DNA from: Myxococcota bacterium
Lineage (GTDB): Bacteria; Myxococcota_A; UBA9042; PHBI01; JAWLBL01
Length of the DNA stretch: 34,934 bases
Direction: 5' to 3'
NCBI GenBank assembly: GCA_041687695.1
Contig: JAWLBL010000012.1
Coordinates: 200,991-235,924, forward strand
In this document: piece by piece, positions 28,339-34,934 of the stretch
Numbering within the stretch: position 1 is the first letter of the stretch
How the letters are laid out: each line of letters opens with the position of its first letter
Made by a program: the position numbers and the translations under genes
Notes under the pieces: generated by a model
The model's database searches: none
Seen by the model: the letters and a program-made list of their open reading frames with translations, nothing else
Told to the model about the DNA's origin: nothing

Positions 28339-29163
28339 TCAGCGCGGCGGCCGGCGGAAGCCCGCGGCCCGCGGGTGCCCGCCGCCGCCCAGCCCCTTGG
28401 CGATCTCGCTGACGTCCAGCCCGTCCGGCTGCGACCTCAGCGAGAACGCGCGCTGCCCGTCGGCGGTCTCGTGCCAGACGACCGCGAACGGCTCGCCGAT
28501 GGACAGGCGGTGGCCCAGCTCCGAGACGAACACCGGGCTGTTGACCGCCGGCACGTCGTGACCGGCGATCTCCATGCGCGTGGCCAACCGCAGCAGCCGC
28601 TCGACCTGCCGCTCCTCGAAGCGCAGGATGGCCCGCCCCTCGGGCACCAGATCCTCGGGCCGCGCCTCCTCGGCCAGGCGCGCCCAGGTATCGAGCTCCA
28701 TCGGGAAGGACGCAAGCGCCGCCGAGACCTCGCGGCTGTGCGGCAGCGCCCAGCGCCACAGATCCCGGTCCTCGACGTAGTCGACGATCCACGGCCGCGG
28801 CTTGCCAGGATGCAGCACGTCCCAGGCCAGCCCCGCCCCCGAGCGGTTCATGTCGAAGCGGCAGTACGGCAGGTCGCCCAGCTCGCGCTGCGCCGAGGCG
28901 TGGTGATCGGCCAGCAGCACGCTCCGCGCCGAGGCGGCCAGCGCCTCCATCGTCGGGCGATCGAAGGCGAAGTCGAAGACGTACACGTCGCGCCCGGCGA
29001 CCTCGGGCGGCGCCTCGCCGTGCGTTCGCGGGACCAGCTCGACCGCCGGGTCCCAGCGCCAGGCGGCGAAGGCGGCCCCGAAGCCGTCGCTGCAGCCGGC
29101 GTGGTAGACGACCAGGGGCGGCGGGCCGCTCGGGCGGGCTGTGACGGGCTTGCGCTTGGCCAT
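28339..29163 (-). CDS. DHH/DHHA1 phosphoesterase (NrnB-like)
   Basis: ATG 29163; YHAGCSDG, VFDF, ADHH, RSGA, DRDLW, FSLRS, GGGGHPRAAGF. Confidence 0.92.
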   Translation of the reverse strand: MAKRKPVTARPSGPPPLVVYHAGCSDGFGAAFAAWRWDPAVELVPRTHGEAPPEVAGRDVYVFDFAFDRPTMEALAASARSVLLADHHASAQRELGDLPYCRFDMNRSGAGLAWDVLHPGKPRPWIVDYVEDRDLWRWALPHSREVSAALASFPMELDTWARLAEEARPEDLVPEGRAILRFEERQVERLLRLATRMEIAGHDVPAVNSPVFVSELGHRLSIGEPFAVVWHETADGQRAFSLRSQPDGLDVSEIAKGLGGGGHPRAAGFRRPPR

Positions 29164-29168
29164 GGCGC

Positions 29169-29197
29169 GTCCTACCCGCTGGGGCCGGGGGTGTAAA
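29169..29197 (-). promoter_or_regulatory. Candidate sigma-70 promoter giving a leaderless DHH transcript
   Basis: TTTACA-N17-TAGGAC, then 5 nt to the ATG. No SD motif. Confidence 0.45.
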
Positions 29198-29213
29198 GCG
29201 CCCTCGGTGACCC

Positions 29214-30503
29214 TCAGGCGGCCGCGCGCTCCCACGCCTCGAGGTGACGGACCAGGAAGTCGATGCCGAAGATGTGCTCCGTGGCGTCGCCCTCGCGCCG
29301 GAAGACGACCTCGGACCAGCCCCGCAGGCCCGCCGGCACGTAGCGATCGCCGTCCAGGACCAACGCGTGCCCGCCGATGGCGCGGATGAGCACCCGCTCG
29401 TAACGCGAGCGCGCGACCACCTCGGGCGGGAACAGGTCGTCCCACAGGCACAGGCGGCCGACGTCCTCGTACTCGGGGGGCCGGTCGGGCAGCTCGAGCA
29501 GCGACGGCGTCTCGCCCGTGAAGATGCGGCGCATCAGCCGCAGCGTGAACGGGTCGGCGATGGCCTCGATGGCGGGAGCGAACCGCCGGAAGACGATGGC
29601 GGCCAGCTCGCGCAGGGACAGATGCGTGCGCGACTCTCCGGCCGCGCGGCGCCAGGCGTCCGAGACGCGCCACACCGGGGCGTCGACGTCCTCGGCGAAG
29701 GGGTTGCGCGGGTAGGACTCGGTGTTGGCGACCCAGCCGGTGCGCGAGCTGTGGGGTCTGGGCGAGAAGCCCTCGACGGTCGGCAGGCCCTCGGTGGCGA
29801 GGCGGGCGACGTCGTAGGCGGGCCAGCGGATGACCTCGCGGACGAGGCCGGTGATGAGCGTGGCCGTGGCGATCATCAGAGCCGGGCTGGGGGTGAAGTC
29901 GACGGTGACCTCGACCCGGCGCGGGCGCGGCCGGACGCCGACGCCGGTCGAGCGGCGGTTGGTCGCCAGCAGCATCACGGGCGCCGGCAGGACGTGGACC
30001 AGCAGCCAGGCAATGCGCTCGACGGTGCGCGCGCGGTCGCCCGACGGCACGTCGAAGGCGACGTTGTAGTGGGTGCTGAAGCCGACCAGGCGGGCGTCGT
30101 GGCCCTGGGCCTGCTCCCAGGCGTCCAGATCCTGGCGCACCTGGTGCATCGCCTGCCACAGCGAGCGGCCGGCGCGAGCGGCGCAGCCCGGGGCGATCTC
30201 GATGACCGGCGTCGCCACCTCGATGCCGCCCTTGTCGAAGTAGACGGCGGGCCCGCTGGGCAGGTGGTAGCTGGTGCCCGTGCGGTGCACCAGGTCTCCG
30301 CGCAGGAAGGCGCGCGGGTCGCCGAAGACGTGCTCGGGCCAGCGGCGCTGCCCGTCCAGGTACAGCTCGACCTCGGCCTCGAGGCCGATGACCGGCTCGG
30401 CGAGCGGGCCCTCGGCCGCCTCGGCGATGACGCCGCCCTTGGTCAGCGGCGCGCCCTTGTTGCCGGTCTCTCGCTCGCCCTTGGCCTTGCGCTCGTCGCT
30501 CAT
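29214..30503 (-). CDS. PafA/Dop-like (glutamine-synthetase-fold) carboxylate-amine ligase homologue
   Basis: IGLEAE resembles GhEx[20 protein letters not shown] resembles LxNGARLYxDxx[15 protein letters not shown] resembles GCHENY; RRVEV. Start is ATG 30503 or GTG 30509, which overlaps the upstream stop. Confidence 0.7.
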   Translation of the reverse strand: MSDERKAKGERETGNKGAPLTKGGVIAEAAEGPLAEPVIGLEAEVELYLDGQRRWPEHVFGDPRAFLRGDLVHRTGTSYHLPSGPAVYFDKGGIEVATPVIEIAPGCAARAGRSLWQAMHQVRQDLDAWEQAQGHDARLVGFSTHYNVAFDVPSGDRARTVERIAWLLVHVLPAPVMLLATNRRSTGVGVRPRPRRVEVTVDFTPSPALMIATATLITGLVREVIRWPAYDVARLATEGLPTVEGFSPRPHSSRTGWVANTESYPRNPFAEDVDAPVWRVSDAWRRAAGESRTHLSLRELAAIVFRRFAPAIEAIADPFTLRLMRRIFTGETPSLLELPDRPPEYEDVGRLCLWDDLFPPEVVARSRYERVLIRAIGGHALVLDGDRYVPAGLRGWSEVVFRREGDATEHIFGIDFLVRHLEAWERAAA

Positions 30504-30505
30504 GC

Positions 30506-31108
30506 TCACGCGTCCTCTTCGCCCGGGGCCCCGCGCGGGACCAGCGTGACGTACCCGAGATCGAGGTGCAGGTGGTCGTCCGTGCAGCCGACGACGTGAC
30601 CGTAAGGACGCGTGAAGACGCCCGGAAGGACCTGCCGGGCGATGGCGCGGTAGCGCTCGAGGGTGTCGGCGTCGTGCAGGCGGTCGCGGCCGATGCGGTA
30701 GACGTTGGCGGCCGTGCCCCAGTGGTGCGTCGAGGCGTAGTGGCTGCTGGCGTGGCCGGGGGACCGGTAGCCGCCGTTGGCCGCGATGTGGACCAGGGCG
30801 CCGACCCGCTGGCGGAAGACGGCCAGGTGCGCCGCGAGCAGGGTGACCGCGCAGGGGACGTAGCGGGGCCAGCCGCGCAGGACCTCGGCGGCGCGCACGT
30901 CGGTCTGGATGAACTCCCACAGGTGGAACCCCGGCGCGAGGGCGGTCGCGTGGGCCTGCTCCCAGCTGTCGACGCGGTAGAAGTAGACCGGCAGGCGGCG
31001 GCCGCGGCCCTCCTCGTCCGGCAGGACCTCGCCGGGGCGCATGGCGGCGCGATAGGCGGCGGGCAGCGCCCGCGCGTCGACGATGGGCAGGTCCAGGCCC
31101 TGGGTCAT
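30506..31108 (-). CDS. Peptidase M15A-like (LAS/DD-peptidase fold) protein
   Basis: [23 protein letters not shown] and HLHLD motifs. No signal peptide. Confidence 0.8.
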   Translation of the reverse strand: MTQGLDLPIVDARALPAAYRAAMRPGEVLPDEEGRGRRLPVYFYRVDSWEQAHATALAPGFHLWEFIQTDVRAAEVLRGWPRYVPCAVTLLAAHLAVFRQRVGALVHIAANGGYRSPGHASSHYASTHHWGTAANVYRIGRDRLHDADTLERYRAIARQVLPGVFTRPYGHVVGCTDDHLHLDLGYVTLVPRGAPGEEDA

Positions 31109-31128
31109 GGTCGGGCTCCACCGAGGAT

Positions 31129-31366
31129 GGCTGTAGTGGATAATGGGATTTGTCGGATCCGAGCCGAGGTTGGAGCAGATCCGGTTCCGGGAGACCGAGG
31201 TGAACCGGGCGGTTCACCGGCTCCCTTCGGTCGCCGGTTCTTCTGGCCCTGTGGGCCAGCACGGCCGCGCTTCGCACGGCCGCAGCGTCTCCCGGGGCCG
31301 GAGCTGCCCAACACGAAGCGGGGCTCGGGGCCGCCGGCCCCGTGAATCAGCTTATTCACTACAGCC
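31129..31366. mobile_element. 238-bp MITE-like non-autonomous element
   Basis: 15-bp terminal inverted repeats GGCTGTAGTG(G/A)ATAA at 31129-31143 and 31352-31366, with internal hairpins. Excision restores the host gene's frame. Confidence 0.8.
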
Positions 31367-32194
31367 TCCAAGGTGGCGGTGGACGACGGCCGCGAGGTCG
31401 GCGACGGCCTGACGGCGCAGGCTGGGCGAGACGCCGCGGGGCCACTCGGTCAGGACGGCCAGCGCGTAGGGGGCGCGCCCGGGCAGGTAGACCAGGCCGG
31501 CGTCGTGGGTGACGGTCGAGATCTCGCCGGTCTTGTGGGCGACCCGCGCCCGCTCGCGGACGGCCTCGGGCAGGCCGGCGGGGATGCCGCTGCGGAAGGC
31601 CTGCTGGAACAGAACCTCGAGCATCTTGGCGCAGGCGCGCGGCGAGACGGCGCGGCCGTCGTGCAGGGCGCGGTAGAAGCCGACCAGGCCGCGGGCGGTG
31701 ACGCGGTTGGACAGGCCGGCCTCGAAGGCCTTGTCGTCCTCGACGCCCCGCAGGATCTCGAGGCCCGCCAGGCCGGCGCGGGCGGGCGCGCCGCGGGCGG
31801 CCTCGGCGCCGACCAGATCGAAGAGCACGTTGGTGGCGAGGTTGCTGCTGGTCACGATCATGTGGTGGACCAGCTCGCCGACCGGCATCGTCTTGCCGAT
31901 GGCCGCGTGGACCGCGTCGTTGGCGTCGGTCGCGGCCGAGACGCGGTAGGGCGAGCCGTCGGCGACGCTGATGAAGCGATTGCGGACGTGGACCGGCGCG
32001 TCCAGCGTCAGCCGCCCGGCCTCGACGGCCTCGAAGATGGGCAGCATCAGCGGCGCCTTGTAGGTGCTGGCCGCGTGGAACCAGCGGTCGCCGTCGAGCG
32101 CGTCCGCCTCGCCTCGCTCGAGGTCGTCCCACGCGACGCCCGCCGCCAGCGCTCCGGCGGCCGACGCCACGGCTCGCAGCTCGTCGTGGACCAT
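31352..32194 (-). CDS. Class A beta-lactamase-like serine hydrolase (cytoplasmic)
   Basis: GGAGG RBS, ATG 32194; SxxK (ASTYK), SxN (SSN), KTG (HKTG), HDAG. No signal peptide. The stop codon lies inside the MITE terminal repeat. Confidence 0.92.
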   Translation of the reverse strand: MVHDELRAVASAAGALAAGVAWDDLERGEADALDGDRWFHAASTYKAPLMLPIFEAVEAGRLTLDAPVHVRNRFISVADGSPYRVSAATDANDAVHAAIGKTMPVGELVHHMIVTSSNLATNVLFDLVGAEAARGAPARAGLAGLEILRGVEDDKAFEAGLSNRVTARGLVGFYRALHDGRAVSPRACAKMLEVLFQQAFRSGIPAGLPEAVRERARVAHKTGEISTVTHDAGLVYLPGRAPYALAVLTEWPRGVSPSLRRQAVADLAAVVHRHLGGCSE

Positions 32195-32259
32195 CGCACC
32201 TCCCTCGAGGCCGTCCCTAAGCCCCGTCTTGGCGTTCGGCAAACCCCGCGCCCGCCGGT

Positions 32260-32309
32260 CGCGTTCCCGAACGCGCATCGTTGACCGGCGGGGTGGCCGG
32301 GCGCACATT
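32260..32309 (+). promoter_or_regulatory. Palindrome plus candidate sigma-70 promoter in a divergent intergenic region
   Basis: CGCGTTC-CC-GAACGCG (32260-32275) lies just upstream of TTGACC-N17-CACATT (32281-32309). Confidence 0.4.
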
Positions 32310-32353
32310 CGGCCCGCGCGTCCCCTCACCTCCCGCTTCGGAGCCACCGCCGC

Positions 32354-33031
32354 ATGGCCGAAAAGCACGCCCCCTCGCTGAGCGTCGACATCCGCGACAT
32401 GGAGATAGACGACCTCGCGCCGGTCTATCACCTGGGCGAGGCGCTCTTCACGAGCGAGAAGTACCCGTTCCTGTACCGCACCTGGGAGCCCTGGGAGGTC
32501 GTCGGCCTGTTCCACACCGACAGCGACTACTGCCTGGTCGCCGAGGTGGGCGACGATCTGGCCGGCTTCGTGCTGGGGACGGTCATCTCGAAGGCGTCCT
32601 GGACCTACGGCTACATCATCTGGCTGGGCGTGAGCCCCGGCTTCCAAAAGCGCGGCGTCGCCGACCGGCTGGTGGACAAGCTGGTCGAGAGGATGATCGA
32701 CGACGGCGCGCGCTTCATGCTGGTCGACACCGATCCGCGCAACACGCCGGCGGTGAAGTTCTTCACCCGCAAGGGCTTCGGCTCGCAGCGCGACCACGTG
32801 TTCCTGTCGATGAACCTGGTCAAGCACGAGCGGTACGGCAAGATCATCCACCGCGAGCGCGAGCGCGAGCGCACCGAGAAGGAGGTGCGGCGCAAGACGA
32901 GGCAGGCGCGGCTGGCGGCATCTTTGGCGGCCAAGGAGCGGCCGGCGACGGCGACGGGGCCGGAGGCTGGCGTGGAGCTGGGCAGCGGCGGGCTCGTCCC
33001 CGGCGGCGGCGAGGGCGAGCGGTCGGAGTAG
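32354..33031 (+). CDS. GNAT-family N-acetyltransferase
   Basis: GGAG RBS; LGVSPGFQKRGVA acetyl-CoA motif; NTPAVKFFTRKGF; charged C-terminal helix. Confidence 0.93.
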   Translation: MAEKHAPSLSVDIRDMEIDDLAPVYHLGEALFTSEKYPFLYRTWEPWEVVGLFHTDSDYCLVAEVGDDLAGFVLGTVISKASWTYGYIIWLGVSPGFQKRGVADRLVDKLVERMIDDGARFMLVDTDPRNTPAVKFFTRKGFGSQRDHVFLSMNLVKHERYGKIIHRERERERTEKEVRRKTRQARLAASLAAKERPATATGPEAGVELGSGGLVPGGGEGERSE

Positions 33032-33198
33032 GCGCGACGTTGGGCGCCACGCGCGGAACTTCTTGACCGCGAGGCGCGGCGGCCGCATGGGAAGGGCCGC
33101 GTGCGTGGCGCGCGCGGGAAGCGGGGGGGCGCCGCCCGGGTTGGCGTCCGGCACGGTCCCGTGCGCCTTCGCGGCGGGCAGCGAGGAGAGAGGCGGCG

Positions 33199-34656
33199 TT
33201 GAGGATCCCCAAGCGTTTGCAGCCGCTCATCGACGAGGGGCTCGTCGACGAGGTCGTGCGTCCCGTGACCAGCGGCAAGGAGGCCGAGGTCTACATCGTC
33301 TGGTCGGGCGGCAAGCTGCGCGCGGCCAAGGTGTACAAGGAGGCCGAAAAGCGCAGCTTCAAGAACCGCGCGGACTACCTGGACGGGCGCGGCTCGCGGG
33401 GGACGCGCGGCGAGCGGGCGCAAAAGCGCGGCGGGCGCTTCGCCAAGGAGCAGGAGGAGTCGGCCTGGTACGAGGCCGAGGTGCTGGCGCTCGAGAAGCT
33501 GAGCGCGGCGGGGGTCCGGGTGCCCAAGCCGCGTGGGTTCCTGGACGGCGTCCTGCTGATGGATCTGCTGCTGGACATGGAGGGCGAGCCCGCGCCGCGC
33601 CTGGCGGACTGCGACTTCGAGGAGGACGAGGCGCGCGAGCTGTTCGGGTGGGTCATCGTCGAGGTGCAGCGGATGCTGTGCGCCGGCGTCGTGCACGGCG
33701 ATCTCAGCGAATACAACATCCTGCTGGCGGTCGACGGGCCGGTCATCATCGATCTGCCGCAGATGGTGAACGCGGCGGCGTCGCAGGTGGCGCGCAAGCT
33801 GCTGGTGCGCGACGTGGCGAACGTGCGGGCCTTCCTGGGGCGCTTCGCGCCGGATCTGGAGGCGACGCGCTACGCCGAGGAGATGTGGCGGCTGTGGGAG
33901 CGGGCCGCGCTGACGCCCGACACCGCGCTGACCGGGCGCTTCCACGAGGCGCGCGGGCCGGTCGACACCCGCCGCGTGCAGCAGGCCATCGGCGAGGCCG
34001 AGCGCGAGCGCGAGCGCGAGCTGCTGCGCCAGGGCGGCGGCACGGGCGGCGGGCGACGCAAGCGACGCGGCGGCGGCGGCCCGAGCCCCCAGGCGCAGGA
34101 CGCCGGGCAAGCCCGCGATCGCGGCAGCGAAGAGCGCGAGATGACCTACGACCTCCCCCCGCAGGGACGCCGCGAGCGCCCGCGTGACGAGGGACCGCGC
34201 CACCCGCAGGGCCCCCCGCCCCGACGCGACGACCGGCCGCGCGACGAGCGGCCGCGCGACGACCGGCCCCGCAACGACCAGCGGCCCCCGCCCCGGCGCG
34301 ACGACCGGCCGCGAGACGACCGACCGCGGGACGAGCGCCCCCGCAACGACCAGCGGCCCCCGCCCCGGCGCGACGAGCGGCCGCGGGACGACCGACCGCG
34401 CAACGACCAGCGGCCCCCGCCCCGACGCGACGACCGACCGCGCGACGAGCGGCCGCGCGACGACCGGCCCCGCAACCAGCAGGGCCCTCCCCCCCGGCGG
34501 GACGAGCGACCGCGCGACGAGCGGCCCCGCGACGAGCAGCGGCCCCCGCGCAGGGACGAGCGGCCCCCGCCCCGGCGGGACGATCGCCCGCGCCGCGACG
34601 ACGAGCGCCCACCCCGCGACGAGCGACCCCAGCGACAGCGTCAGCGCAACGGCTGA
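33199..34656 (+). CDS. RIO1-like atypical protein kinase with Arg/Asp/Pro repeat tail
   Basis: GAGGAG then TTG; SGKEAEVY, AKVYK, VRVPKP, VHGDLSEYNIL, IIDLPQ, RDVAN. Confidence 0.93.
   Translation: MRIPKRLQPLIDEGLVDEVVRPVTSGKEAEVYIVWSGGKLRAAKVYKEAEKRSFKNRADYLDGRGSRGTRGERAQKRGGRFAKEQEESAWYEAEVLALEKLSAAGVRVPKPRGFLDGVLLMDLLLDMEGEPAPRLADCDFEEDEARELFGWVIVEVQRMLCAGVVHGDLSEYNILLAVDGPVIIDLPQMVNAAASQVARKLLVRDVANVRAFLGRFAPDLEATRYAEEMWRLWERAALTPDTALTGRFHEARGPVDTRRVQQAIGEAERERERELLRQGGGTGGGRRKRRGGGGPSPQAQDAGQARDRGSEEREMTYDLPPQGRRERPRDEGPRHPQGPPPRRDDRPRDERPRDDRPRNDQRPPPRRDDRPRDDRPRDERPRNDQRPPPRRDERPRDDRPRNDQRPPPRRDDRPRDERPRDDRPRNQQGPPPRRDERPRDERPRDEQRPPRRDERPPPRRDDRPRRDDERPPRDERPQRQRQRNG
34212..34630 (+). 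repeat. Nested coding repeat of 15-bp RD[DE]RP units in PPPR...NDQR blocks
   Basis: About five higher-order blocks of 19-24 aa are visible in DNA and protein. Confidence 0.9.
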
Positions 34657-34746
34657 GGCCCCGCTCGCTCGGCTCCGAAGCCAGGACCCGCTCGCCGGCT
34701 TACCCACCAACCCGGGCCGGCTGGAAGAGAGGGTCGAAACAGGCCA

Positions 34747-34934
34747 ACCGGAGTGCTCCACCTTGGTGGAGCCCCCATCCGGCGCAGCTTGCTGCGCCAG
34801 GTTCGGCGGCCAGATCCCGGCGGCAAGCCGCCGGGGCCGGGGCTCCAGCAAGCTGGAGCACTCCAGGGGCGCTCCAGCTTGCTGGACCTACCGGAGTGCT
34901 CCACCTTGGTGGAGCCCCCATCCGGCGCAGCTTG
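34747..34934. repeat. REP/REPIN-like palindrome array (truncated by window end)
   Basis: 45-bp exact direct repeat (34747-34791, 34890-34934). The unit GGAGTGCTCCA(C/G)CTTG(G/C)TGGAGCCCC occurs at 34750 (+), 34839-34864 (-) and 34893 (+), with a degenerate copy at 34866. Extra hairpins at 34781-34798 and 34816-34835. Confidence 0.85.

Noticed and set aside
31105..31412. 88-89 aa ORFs in the intergenic gap
   Set aside because: They lie within the MITE and lack coding-like composition.
31352..32194. True beta-lactam resistance gene
   Set aside because: No signal peptide and no clear omega-loop ExxLN motif. The operon context suggests another role.
34747..34934. CRISPR array
   Set aside because: Only two 45-bp copies with a 98-bp hairpin-rich spacer, inverted units, and no cas genes in view.

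Overview
Very GC-rich bacterial DNA, most likely Myxococcota (MYXO-CTERM sorting tail, myxobacterial Cys-rich repeats, kinase-ATPase-TPR protein, many lipoproteins). About 28 real genes lie under many antisense or shadow ORFs. In order: a 5'-truncated Cys-rich/TSP3 surface protein; a WD40 protein and small outer-membrane barrel; a putative lipid-handling group (ACBP, SGNH hydrolase, SRPBCC, lipoprotein lipase coupled to an outer-membrane barrel); a broken lipoprotein gene; a MarR / class II cytochrome c / twin-CX3C mini-lipoprotein operon behind a 43-bp palindrome; a Ser/Thr kinase-ATPase-TPR gene divergent from a RAYT-type Y1 transposase; NamZ; two convergent CsgG-like genes around a TPR gene; two lipoproteins; a DHH phosphoesterase; a minus-strand operon (class A beta-lactamase-like hydrolase, M15-like peptidase, PafA/Dop-like ligase) interrupted by a 238-bp MITE; a GNAT; a RIO1-like kinase with a charged repeat tail; and a REP/REPIN-like palindrome array at the right edge. 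The best candidates for novelty are the Pup-less PafA/Dop-like operon and the RAYT/REP/MITE set. All family calls come from motif recognition by eye; no searches were run.
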